A DNA stretch of 64,000 nucleotides, taken from IMG/VR virus record IMGVR_UViG_3300032050_000011; one strand, 5' to 3'. Every line of letters begins with the position of its first letter. Position 1 is the first letter of the stretch. The stretch comes from a virus. Positions 1 through 9,214 of the stretch are shown piece by piece. The translations under genes were made by a program, and so were the position numbers. The notes under the pieces are model-generated. The model saw only the letters and a list, made by a program, of their open reading frames with translations. It did no database searches and was not told the origin of the DNA.

Positions 1-1910
1 TAAACGATACTATTAAACCCAGAAGTTGTGGCTTTTACTCCAGATACTACGTCTAGATTATCACTAAACGCTGTATCAAATACGCCTGATGTGCTTAATT
101 TAGCTATGCGATTAGCATTATTAGCGGTATTTTTAAATTGAGTGAATTGTCCGCCTACATATAGACTAGTTCCATCAATGGCTATTGCCCCAACATAATT
201 ATTAAAACCAGAAGTTGTGGCTTTTGTTCCAGACACTACATCTAGGTTGTTGCTAAAAGCTGTATCAAATACGCCTGATGTGCTTAATTTAGCTATGTAT
301 CTTGCGTTATTAGCAGTATTACCAAATTGAGTGAATTGTCCGCCTACATATAGGCTAGTTCCGTCAATGACTATTGTGAGAACCCTGCCATTAAATCCTA
401 TGCCTATATTATTTTGAAATGCAGTATCTAAGGTGCCGTTTGGTAAAATTTTACATATTGATTGAGTTCTAGTTCCGTTGTAAGTAACAGTTCCTATATA
501 GATATTACCATTAGCGTCTACGGCACATGAATCTGCATTACCGGATCCGTATTTATTTTGTATAAGATTTTGAAATACGCCAGAAGTGTTTAACTTTGCA
601 AAACCTAAGCACGCAGAATTTTTAAATGCAAGCATATCTCCACCTACATATAGGTCTGTTCCTTTTATAGCCACACATCTTACAGTGCAAGAACCAACAG
701 TTCCTGTTAGTGAAGTAGGGCTAAAACCAGAAGTTGTGGCTTTTACTCCAGACACTACATCTAGGTTATTGCTAAAAGCTGTATCAAATACGCCTGATGT
801 GCTTAATTTAGCTACACCTCTAGCGTTATTGGTAGCATTAAAGTCGTATATACGTCCACCTACATATAGGCTAGTTCCATCAATGACTATTGCATAGACA
901 TCGCCATTCCCAAAAGAGGAGCTGGTTACATTATTACCGAAAACCGTATCAAATACGCCTGATGTGCTTAATTTAGCTATCTTTCTAGCATTAGCAATAT
1001 TTTTAAATTGAGTAAACTCTCCGCCCACATATAGGCTAGTTACATCAATGGCTATTGTGTAAACCCTATTATTAAAACCAGAAGTTGTGGCTTTTGTTCC
1101 AGGTACTACATCTAGGTTGTCGCTAAATGCTGTATCAAATACGCCTGATGTGCTTAATTTAGCTATGCGATTAGCATTATTGGCAGTATTACCAAATTGA
1201 GTAAAACCTCCACCTACATATAGGCTAGTTACATCAATGGCTATTGTGTTAACAGCACTGTTAAAACCAGAAGTTGTGGCTTTTGTTCCAGGTACTACAT
1301 CTAGGTTGTCGCTAAATGCTGTATCAAATACGCCTGATGTGCTTAATTTAGCTATGCGATTAGCATTATTGGCAGTATTTTTAAATTGAGTGAATTGTCC
1401 GCCTACATATAGGCTAGTTACATCAATGGCTATTGTGTTAACAGCACTGTTAAAACCAGAAGTTGCAAATGATTTAGTTCCAGATACTAAATCTAGGTTG
1501 TCGCTAAACGCTGTATCAAATACACCTGATGTGCTTAATTTAGCTATATATTTGGCATTATTAGCAGTATTACCAAATTGAGTAAAACCTCCACCTACAT
1601 ATAGGCTAGTTCCGTCAGTAGCTATTGTATTAGTATTACCATTAAATCCTAAACCTGCGTTATTTTGAAATGTAGTGTCTATGCTACCATCCGCTAAAAA
1701 TTTGACAATATTACCACAATAATAATTAATACCGTTAGGATCAACGAAGCCGATAAATGAGCCAACAACAATAATTGAATCATCTGGTAAAATCAATATG
1801 TCTTGTATTTCTAGTGTAGGTCCGTATAGTCCCCTATATTCTGCATTTTGTAATTTGTTTAAAATGGTAGTTGTTCTTTTTTTTAAAAAAGAAAAAGGTT
1901 TGGACGACAT
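1..1910 (-). CDS. Delta-60/DUF5122-like repeat beta-propeller protein, probable fibre-tip adhesin (3' end runs off window; absent from ORF track)
   Basis: Manual translation from ATG 1910 (SD GGAGAG): MSSKPFSFLKKRTTT...IVKFLADGSIDTTFQNNAGLGFNG...TSLYVGGGFTQF...IAKLSTSGVFDTAF, repeated about every 62 aa; no stop seen before window edge. Confidence 0.85.
   Translation of the reverse strand, partial: MSSKPFSFLKKRTTTILNKLQNAEYRGLYGPTLEIQDILILPDDSIIVVGSFIGFVDPNGINYYCGNIVKFLADGSIDTTFQNNAGLGFNGNTNTIATDGTSLYVGGGFTQFGNTANNAKYIAKLSTSGVFDTAFSDNLDLVSGTKSFATSGFNSAVNTIAIDVTSLYVGGQFTQFKNTANNANRIAKLSTSGVFDTAFSDNLDVVPGTKATTSGFNSAVNTIAIDVTSLYVGGGFTQFGNTANNANRIAKLSTSGVFDTAFSDNLDVVPGTKATTSGFNNRVYTIAIDVTSLYVGGEFTQFKNIANARKIAKLSTSGVFDTVFGNNVTSSSFGNGDVYAIVIDGTSLYVGGRIYDFNATNNARGVAKLSTSGVFDTAFSNNLDVVSGVKATTSGFSPTSLTGTVGSCTVRCVAIKGTDLYVGGDMLAFKNSACLGFAKLNTSGVFQNLIQNKYGSGNADSCAVDANGNIYIGTVTYNGTRTQSICKILPNGTLDTAFQNNIGIGFNGRVLTIVIDGTSLYVGGQFTQFGNTANNARYIAKLSTSGVFDTAFSNNLDVVSGTKATTSGFNNYVGAIAIDGTSLYVGGQFTQFKNTANNANRIAKLSTSGVFDTAFSDNLDVVSGVKATTSGFNSIV
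10..1620. repeat. Intragenic ~186-bp tandem repeats (propeller blades)
   Basis: Block gctgtatcaaatacgcctgatgtgcttaatttagcta recurs at ~70, 259, 778, 945, 1129, 1318, 1510. Confidence 0.95.
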
Positions 1911-1924
1911 CTAGCTCTCCATAA

Positions 1925-4087
1925 TTAAACGTTAGAAAGACCAGTTACTGATGACAAATAAGTTTTACTATTTGCCCTAATAAAAGTATACACTGCAGCA
2001 GAATTTGCTGCAATTTGTAATGTGCCGGCTTCTTTGTATATACCAGAAGGAAAAGATACCGTAAGGGTCAAACCAGAAGTATTTGTTAAAATTATAGAGA
2101 TACACTTTCCTTCAACTAAATTAGAGAAAGTGAAAGTGGAACTTAGTGAGATGTCTCTATAGAATATCTCTGATAAACTCCAGTCAATGTCCAGGGCAGA
2201 AATTAAAGAAGCAGAGTAGGCTGATCCAACAACTAAATTACCTGATCCTAGTATAGAAGAACCATTTATGGTCTTTATGTTTGTCGCAGAAACGAGAGTG
2301 GCTTGCTTTTCCGTATTTAATTCATTAATTGCAGCTTGTACTGTTGTAGACGATATAGTACCAGAAGGTGTGTTAGTGACTGCTGTAGCGTTTAGCGTTT
2401 GAAAAGTTTTATCGCCGCGCCAATATTGAGAAGTCGTGCCAGCCGTTATGGTAGCTTGTTTTGTATCCAGTTGAGTCTGAATTGCTGAAGTTACCCCATT
2501 AAGATAATCAAATTCTGCATTTGATACTAGGCCTGAGCCAATTTTTGAAGCGTCTATTGTTACTGCTTGAACTGCAGTCGTAAAATCAGATATAGTAGAA
2601 GCTAGCTGCGCACCAGTATGAGTTGCCCTATCTCTTAGATTTGCTGCGCTTACATTATCTACATCTGATAAGCCTATATCTGACTTAGTTAATACTACGT
2701 CTCCAGTTTGTGTATTTACAGAGGTTACAGCTCCACCACCTCCACTAATAACTAGATCACCTGATCCTAGGATAGAAGATCCGTTTATAGTCTTTATGTT
2801 GGTCGCAGAAACTAGTAGGTCTTGTTTTAAAGCTAGCGCAGAGCTATCTGCCTTTAAATCTAGCGCTGTCTGGGTAGCTGTACTAACTGGCTTATCTGCA
2901 TCACTAGTATTATCTACATCTGATAAGCCTATATCTGACTTAGTTAATACTACGTCTCCAGTTTGTGTATTTACAGAGGTTACAGCCCCACCACCTCCAC
3001 TAATAACTAGATCACCTGATCCTAGGATAGAAGATCCGTTTATAGTCTTTATGTTGGTCGCAGAAACTAGTAGGTCTTGTTTTAAGGCTATATCTGATTC
3101 AAGCACGACTAACTCAGATTGAAGTGTAGCTAATCCTGGCACACTAGGCGAATCTGCGGTTCCGCTTAAATCACCGCTTAATTGTATGATACCTTTTGTA
3201 GTAGTTGTAGCGTCAGCCCCACCACCTCCACTAATAACTAGATCACCTGATCCTAGGATAGAAGATCCGTTTATAGTCTTTATGTTGGTCGCAGAAACTA
3301 GTAGGTCTTGTTTTTGAGATAGCTGAGAAACAGTGACTGCATCTTGTGCACTTGTACCGTTTATTAAGTTTGTTATTTTACCTAATGTCTGAAAGTTCAT
3401 TTCAGTATTAGTTAAAACACTACCCCTAGTTCCTGTAGCAGTACCTGTATATAATAGGATGTTGCCAGAGTTGCCAGCAGACGCGTTACCTGAAACAAGC
3501 TCAATAGGGCCAGTGCTTTGTGCGGCTCCAGTACGTACAATCGCAGCTCCAGAGCTTGAACCTCCGGTTCCAGATAGCAATCTAGCAGCTCCGGAAACTC
3601 CTCCAGTAGCAGGGCCAGAAAAAATATCCACCATTCCAGAGTTTCCACTTACTTGCGCGTCGCCTGAACCAACCTGTACTAGTCCAGAATTAGCTCCAGA
3701 TGTAAAACCTGAAGCAAGAACGACTCTTTTAGAAGCGGTTCCAGCAAAGGCTCCTAGTTGATCTCCTGATCCTGCATAGAATTGCTTTGGACTACCGTCT
3801 TCCATCACGACAGCAAGGTAATTAGGACCCCAAGAAGGAACTCCTATATTTAAGTCAAGAAATTCCGCTGCATTTCCTGAAACAGGATTTACGGTAAGTG
3901 TACCTGACATCGTATCGCCAGTCTTACTAACTTTATTGTCTAAGGCATCTTTGATAGGACCATTAGCTGCCAAACTGCTAACTTTTATCTTTTTTGTTTG
4001 TGTATTTGCTATGTCTACTACGGGCAGAATGTCATTTGCGCCGATAGATGTGGTCTCTGTTAGTTCACTTATTTTTACGTTAGCCAT
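1925..4087 (-). CDS. Tail fibre protein with repeated shaft modules
   Basis: N-term KISEL motif; Gly/Ser-rich segment; DATTTTKGIIQL; AVTSVNTQTGDVVL; 4x KQxxLVSATNIKTINGSSILGSG; C-terminal beta domain. Confidence 0.8.
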   Translation of the reverse strand: MANVKISELTETTSIGANDILPVVDIANTQTKKIKVSSLAANGPIKDALDNKVSKTGDTMSGTLTVNPVSGNAAEFLDLNIGVPSWGPNYLAVVMEDGSPKQFYAGSGDQLGAFAGTASKRVVLASGFTSGANSGLVQVGSGDAQVSGNSGMVDIFSGPATGGVSGAARLLSGTGGSSSGAAIVRTGAAQSTGPIELVSGNASAGNSGNILLYTGTATGTRGSVLTNTEMNFQTLGKITNLINGTSAQDAVTVSQLSQKQDLLVSATNIKTINGSSILGSGDLVISGGGGADATTTTKGIIQLSGDLSGTADSPSVPGLATLQSELVVLESDIALKQDLLVSATNIKTINGSSILGSGDLVISGGGGAVTSVNTQTGDVVLTKSDIGLSDVDNTSDADKPVSTATQTALDLKADSSALALKQDLLVSATNIKTINGSSILGSGDLVISGGGGAVTSVNTQTGDVVLTKSDIGLSDVDNVSAANLRDRATHTGAQLASTISDFTTAVQAVTIDASKIGSGLVSNAEFDYLNGVTSAIQTQLDTKQATITAGTTSQYWRGDKTFQTLNATAVTNTPSGTISSTTVQAAINELNTEKQATLVSATNIKTINGSSILGSGNLVVGSAYSASLISALDIDWSLSEIFYRDISLSSTFTFSNLVEGKCISIILTNTSGLTLTVSFPSGIYKEAGTLQIAANSAAVYTFIRANSKTYLSSVTGLSNV
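2655..3313. repeat. Near-identical internal duplications in fibre gene
   Basis: 2655-2830 ~ 2910-3085; the KQDLLVSATNIKT...GGGG block recurs at ~3220-3313. Confidence 0.9.
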
Positions 4088-4098
4088 GTTTCTCCTGT

Positions 4099-4121
4099 AA
4101 AGAAAGAGGTCCTAGGACCTC
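4099..4121 (-). terminator. Intrinsic terminator-like hairpin
   Basis: Minus strand GAGGTC-CTAG-GACCTC then TTTCTTT, just after stop of 4128..4319. Confidence 0.6.
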
Positions 4122-4127
4122 ATTCCC

Positions 4128-4319
4128 TTATAGTCTCTTTTTAATTTTCTTCTTCTTGACTACTTTTTCCGTGACATCATGCTCATCGCTTTCTGCATCA
4201 TCTCTTTGATTTTCATCATTAGTTTCTGCATCATCGACTGCTTTGGCGCCATTTTCTTTTTGCGTGCCATTTAACAACCTCTCTAGTAAATTAGACATAT
4301 TTAAAAACTTTATACTCAT
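4128..4319 (-). CDS. Small charged hypothetical protein
   Basis: ORF fills gap, co-oriented; acidic middle, basic tail. Confidence 0.55.
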   Translation of the reverse strand: MSIKFLNMSNLLERLLNGTQKENGAKAVDDAETNDENQRDDAESDEHDVTEKVVKKKKIKKRL

Positions 4320-4327
4320 AAGTTGCC

Positions 4328-4789
4328 CTATGACTCAAGGATAGCCTTGATTGCAACAAGGTCTGCGTCTAGCGGATATGCTGCGATTAGTAAATCGATA
4401 GCTTGTTCAGCTTTGCTCACCATATCAGCTACTTGCTTACCAAGTGACTTAGAAGCCATACCCTGACGACATACAGCTAGCAGTCCTTGCTTATGCTGAC
4501 CTACTAAAGACTTATCTTCAGCTTCGACACTGAGTGAGTCAGCTTCGATGATAGCATCGATAGTAGTAATAGCGTCTGCTAATCGCTTGCCAAAAGCTTT
4601 GTGCGAGACTGCAGCTCTGCATCTACCTAGCGCTTTCTTGTCTGAGTTTTCTACCATTTCATTCTGTGAGATAGTAGTGAGAACCATAGCTTCGATAGCT
4701 AAGATAGCAGTCGCCACCTCAGTTCCGGCTCTCTTGTGTTTGAGTGATGCTCTCATCACTCTTTCTAAACTTGCTTTATGTTGTGCCAT
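4328..4789 (-). CDS. Hypothetical helical protein with threefold internal repeat
   Basis: SD AAGGAG; ASLKHKRAGTEVA / AAVSHKAFGKRLA / QGMASKSLGKQVA. Confidence 0.75.
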   Translation of the reverse strand: MAQHKASLERVMRASLKHKRAGTEVATAILAIEAMVLTTISQNEMVENSDKKALGRCRAAVSHKAFGKRLADAITTIDAIIEADSLSVEAEDKSLVGQHKQGLLAVCRQGMASKSLGKQVADMVSKAEQAIDLLIAAYPLDADLVAIKAILES

Positions 4790-4857
4790 ATCGTCTCCTT
4801 TTGATAAGTCGCTGCTATTAGATCAGCGTCACAACGTTAATAAAACTATATAAATAC

Positions 4858-5670
4858 CTAGACTGGATAAATTTCAATTTTACTTATTTTAACACTATAA
4901 GAGCCATTCCAACTTAAAGCAGATATTGTTAAATCTTTATATGATCCAAAGCGTCCCATCGCTGGCATTAGTATTTCTGAAAATCCACCAGATAGAGTTG
5001 ATCCCCAATGTCCTCCTATAGGATGGCTGGCTCCGCCGTACGGGTTCAATATATCTATTCTAACATCATCTTGAAAAGAACCAGATAGCACTTCCATATA
5101 AACTCTAACAGTAAAACTTGCACTAGAGTTTATAGGCATCTCTGGGAATAGTGTGTTGAATTCTACAGAGCCACTTGCACTCGTAGATTGATTATAGACT
5201 AGGCTTACTCCATCTGGTAATTCTTGACCAGTTCCGGAAAGTGCAAATCCACTTAGTGTTGCATTATTGACTGGTGTAAAAATATGTTGCCAAAGATACG
5301 CAGCGCCTGGTGTCATATCAACATCGTAATCAGGATCAAACTCGGCTGCCGTTAATTCGCTTCTAATTACTTGAAAATAACCGCCATCAAAGTCTCTAAT
5401 GATTATTTTTTTCACTTTAAATATATCTCTAGCCTTATCAGAGACCAAGAAGTTAGTAGTTGGAGAGGCTAGCGCAGCATCAAATTTTAGTATTTCTTTT
5501 TGACCGTCAATTGTTGACTGGTAGTATATAAGCACTTCTTTCCAGTTGACGCTGTCTGAAAAGTAAAGGTCAGCTAGCACTGAAGTGACTGCTGCTAGTG
5601 CTGACTTATCTAAGGTAAAACTGGCCGATTGGGCTTTTTCTATCGTGGCTGGTTTAGTTATTATAGGCAT
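4858..5670 (-). CDS. Paralog array member A: conserved N-module + domain X
   Basis: MPIITKP...YFSDSVNWK...DFDGG...DVDM module; ends VKISKIEIYPV. Confidence 0.85.
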   Translation of the reverse strand: MPIITKPATIEKAQSASFTLDKSALAAVTSVLADLYFSDSVNWKEVLIYYQSTIDGQKEILKFDAALASPTTNFLVSDKARDIFKVKKIIIRDFDGGYFQVIRSELTAAEFDPDYDVDMTPGAAYLWQHIFTPVNNATLSGFALSGTGQELPDGVSLVYNQSTSASGSVEFNTLFPEMPINSSASFTVRVYMEVLSGSFQDDVRIDILNPYGGASHPIGGHWGSTLSGGFSEILMPAMGRFGSYKDLTISALSWNGSYSVKISKIEIYPV

Positions 5671-5679
5671 ACGCTATCC

Positions 5680-6483
5680 TTAAGCTTCAAAAATTTCTAT
5701 TTTTGTTATTTCAATTTGACCTGCACCCAGAGATAAGTTCTGAACTACAATTTTAAACCAATTTTGTGGAGCACTTTGTCCCCAAAAAAATCCGCTTTGG
5801 AAATTAAATTCCACGTAACCACCTGCATTTAATTGTAAGTCCTTATTTGCATCATACGCTCCATAGAAAAATGGAGGAATTTCAAAGATTACGTTTGTGC
5901 CGTACCCATATAGGCTCTGTAAGTATAGGATAGGAAATCCAGAGGTTTTATTTGCACTCTTTATGTATATTCTTGCTTTATAGTTAGAATACGGAGCAAA
6001 CACAGATTCTGTTACAAAAAGTTCTCCACTTTCTAGAAATTTAGCACTAGCGTTAGATAAAATCGGTGCTACACCAGATATAAGAGATACGTTAGCGGGT
6101 AAAACACCTTGAGTAAAATCTAGGGTTTGATAGGGAAGAGGTCCTCCCATATCAATATCAAATTCAGCTACTATTAGTTCGCCTCTAAGAATCGTAAACT
6201 TTCCGCCGTCAAAATCGTTAATGACTATTTTTTTTATCTCAAATACGTCTCTGGCTTTAGCTGACGCGTAGAAACTAGCTAGTGGACTAAGCTGAGCTGC
6301 GTCAAACTTAATTACTTTTCGCTGATTTCCTGGGTTACTTACAAAAACCATATCTACCGATTTCCAGTTATCTGAATCTTGAAAATATAGATTAGAAACT
6401 ATTGCAGCTAGAGCTGATTTATCTAGTTCAAATTCTGCTTTTTGACCTTTAGCAGGTGTTTGATTTTTAGTTAAAATAGGCAT
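5680..6483 (-). CDS. Paralog array member B: N-module + domain X
   Basis: Same N-module; ends IEITKIEIFEA. Confidence 0.85.
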   Translation of the reverse strand: MPILTKNQTPAKGQKAEFELDKSALAAIVSNLYFQDSDNWKSVDMVFVSNPGNQRKVIKFDAAQLSPLASFYASAKARDVFEIKKIVINDFDGGKFTILRGELIVAEFDIDMGGPLPYQTLDFTQGVLPANVSLISGVAPILSNASAKFLESGELFVTESVFAPYSNYKARIYIKSANKTSGFPILYLQSLYGYGTNVIFEIPPFFYGAYDANKDLQLNAGGYVEFNFQSGFFWGQSAPQNWFKIVVQNLSLGAGQIEITKIEIFEA

Positions 6484-9125
6484 ACATTATTCCTTATATT
6501 AAATTATAACACTTGAAGATATTAATGTTCCACCAGATGTAGCTAGTGATGCAATTGGTTTAATATTTGGAGCAGTGGCAACGGATGTGGTATAAATCAC
6601 ATCGCTATCGATATACATCGTTACAACTCCAGCTATTCTTGTAATTCTAAAAGCTTTATTGCTAGGATCACCCGCTGATGATACCCATATATTATTTATG
6701 TGAGGTCTAGAACCTCCACCACCCGCAACAATTCCACAAAAAGTAGGCGTGGATGTATTTGGACCGCTTTCAGAAGCATCAAAAAATCCAAATGCCGTGT
6801 CAGTTGGAAAGCTTCCAATATTGAAAGTTATATCAATATCTCCACCTGCTGTTGCAGTTTGAGTGTTAGAAAAAGCATTGTAATATGTGCTTCCACCTCT
6901 TCCGGCTCCATTTGTTAAACCGCCATCCGCTTCAGCATTATAGCTATTAGAAATTGGTTCCCATATAATAGCATTACCTGAAAGCGTAGTAGCTAAGCAG
7001 GTAACATCCGTACTGTTGGATCTGATAAATGGTTTATATGCATTTAGAGTGTATTGGATTGATTCTGTCCAAATAAGTGTTGAGTTATAATAGTATCTAT
7101 ATTGAGTGCTTGTTTGTTCTATTCTAAATGTTAAAGATGAACCTATACTTGAACTTAAAATTACTTGCTGATTGCTAGCTACATCAAATCTTACAATATT
7201 AGAATCTAGAATCAAAATATAGAATCTTGTATAGCTTGCTGGACCGCTATCCTCAGTAATCCCATCAACACCCTCAGTTAAACCAATTCTTATATTTTTA
7301 CCACTAGACATGTTCGATAGATTAAATGTTATGTCAAGTAGAGCAGCTCCACTACCTAATGAATTTTCATCTAATCCATAGGACATTGATTGTGAGGATG
7401 GAAGATTAATACTATTTCCGCTTCTTGTTACTCCAGTAGAAATAGTTTCAAAATAGAGTTCATTTAATGCAGGAGCCGCACTTGTATCAATATCAAACTC
7501 AGATGTAGTAAGCTGAGATCTAGGAATAGTAATACTACCTGCATCAAAATCTACGATTACAATTTTCTGAACTTCGAATATATCGAGAGCTTTATCAGAT
7601 ACTAAAAAGTCAGCTGTTGGAGAAGAAACTGTAGCGTTGAATTTTAAGATCTCTCTTTGATTCCCTGTACTAGATCTATAATAAATAAGTACTTCTTTCC
7701 AGTTATCGGAGTCTGAGAAGTAATCGTCAGCAACAACAGAAGATACAGCAGCTAAAGCTGCTTTGTCTAGCGAGATTTCTGCTGGGGAATTTTTATCTAT
7801 TGTGGAAGGCTTAGTTATTATAGGCATATGTTATTCCTTTTAGGTTATTAAACCTCTCCGCCAATTTGAATTTTTGTTATTCTTAAAAGCTTGCCCGGTG
7901 TAGGGGTATTCTGAAACCATATAGTAGGTAGGTAACTTGTTCCAATAGTATATCCACTGGCAAACTCTGTATCAAAATATCCATTTTGAATTTCAGTTAA
8001 AGTAAGCGTTCTACTTGAATAAGCAAATGATGACTGATTTCCATTTCCTGTTTTAAAATTCAATCCTACCTCAGCAGTTGTCGTATCAAAAAATACTCTT
8101 GCTGCTCTCATTTGAAAAGCAGGGGAACTTGGAGATTGTGGGTAGCTAAATTGATAAATGTAACTACCAAGTTGAAGTGCATTATCTATTATTGGGTTGC
8201 CATTAAATATCTCACCCCACCCAGAAGGTTCAGTTGTAGAGAAATCTCTCTGGATAAAGATATTTGGCAAGTCATTATCAATGACAGCAACAGCACTTGT
8301 TAATGTATGCTGGAAAGAACTTCTAAGGAATGGATAGGCATACGGTTTACTTGTGTTCGCTATTGTAATCGTATTAATAAGGTTGCCATCTTGATAAATC
8401 TTTAATTGGTTATCACCTTCTTGAAGGAGTCTTATAGATTTTGTTGTACCAGAAACACCCGTGCTTGAGGCATATCCTGCTGTTCCAATTGTAACAGTTC
8501 CCATGCTTGAATTTGTATCGACAACTAATCCATAAGTAGATGTTTCATAATTGGTAGAGACTTCACTCATACTTATACTGCCTGAATCAGAGTCAGAAAA
8601 TAAAATCCCAATCCATGTACCATATCCTGAGGTATTAGATAGATTATCAAGATTGAATGTTACATCGAAATTACCAACACCAGAAGATAATGCCCCTAGT
8701 GATTGATTACTTAGGGCAATTGAAATAGGAGTATAAATACTATTAAAAGTTCTGGTGAGAGTTGTAGGGTCAACAGAAGGTGAGAACGTTGGATAGTTCT
8801 GGAACAATTCAAACGTTACTGGATCTATAGTTGGTCCTCCCATATCAATATCAAATTCAGTTGTAGCATTTGGTATATCAACTCTAAGAATCGTAAACTT
8901 TCCGCCGTCAAAATCGTTAATCACTATTTTTTTTATCTCAAATATATTTTCAGCTTTAGCTGACGCATAGAAACTAGCTAGTGGACTAAGCTGAGCTGCG
9001 TCAAACTTAATTACTTTTCGCTGATTTCCTGGGTTACTTACAAAAACCATATCTACTGATTTCCAGTTATCTGAATCTTGAAAATATAGATTAGAAACTA
9101 TTGCAGCTAGAGCTGATTTGTCTAG
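6183..9125. repeat. ~244-bp near-identical direct repeat (6183-6426 and 8882-9125) in N-modules of members B and D
   Basis: Visual alignment shows only about ten mismatches. Confidence 0.9.
6499..7827 (-). CDS. Paralog array member C: N-module + two ConA/LamG-like domains (Y+Y)
   Basis: N-module; FRIEQTSTQYRYYYNSTLIWT and FRITRIAGVVTMYIDSDVIYT. Confidence 0.85.
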   Translation of the reverse strand: MPIITKPSTIDKNSPAEISLDKAALAAVSSVVADDYFSDSDNWKEVLIYYRSSTGNQREILKFNATVSSPTADFLVSDKALDIFEVQKIVIVDFDAGSITIPRSQLTTSEFDIDTSAAPALNELYFETISTGVTRSGNSINLPSSQSMSYGLDENSLGSGAALLDITFNLSNMSSGKNIRIGLTEGVDGITEDSGPASYTRFYILILDSNIVRFDVASNQQVILSSSIGSSLTFRIEQTSTQYRYYYNSTLIWTESIQYTLNAYKPFIRSNSTDVTCLATTLSGNAIIWEPISNSYNAEADGGLTNGAGRGGSTYYNAFSNTQTATAGGDIDITFNIGSFPTDTAFGFFDASESGPNTSTPTFCGIVAGGGGSRPHINNIWVSSAGDPSNKAFRITRIAGVVTMYIDSDVIYTTSVATAPNIKPIASLATSGGTLISSSVII

Positions 9126-9182
9126 AGATATTTCGGCAAGAGAATTTTTTTCAATACTAGCTGGTTTAGTTATAATTGGCAT
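7848..9182 (-). CDS. Paralog array member D: N-module + Y + X
   Basis: N-module; IRLLQEGDNQLKIYQDGNLI; FIQRDFS...LRITKIQI. Confidence 0.85.
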   Translation of the reverse strand: MPIITKPASIEKNSLAEISLDKSALAAIVSNLYFQDSDNWKSVDMVFVSNPGNQRKVIKFDAAQLSPLASFYASAKAENIFEIKKIVINDFDGGKFTILRVDIPNATTEFDIDMGGPTIDPVTFELFQNYPTFSPSVDPTTLTRTFNSIYTPISIALSNQSLGALSSGVGNFDVTFNLDNLSNTSGYGTWIGILFSDSDSGSISMSEVSTNYETSTYGLVVDTNSSMGTVTIGTAGYASSTGVSGTTKSIRLLQEGDNQLKIYQDGNLINTITIANTSKPYAYPFLRSSFQHTLTSAVAVIDNDLPNIFIQRDFSTTEPSGWGEIFNGNPIIDNALQLGSYIYQFSYPQSPSSPAFQMRAARVFFDTTTAEVGLNFKTGNGNQSSFAYSSRTLTLTEIQNGYFDTEFASGYTIGTSYLPTIWFQNTPTPGKLLRITKIQIGGEV

Positions 9183-9214
9183 TTAACACTCTCTCTTTTT
9201 ATAGTTCTATTTAA

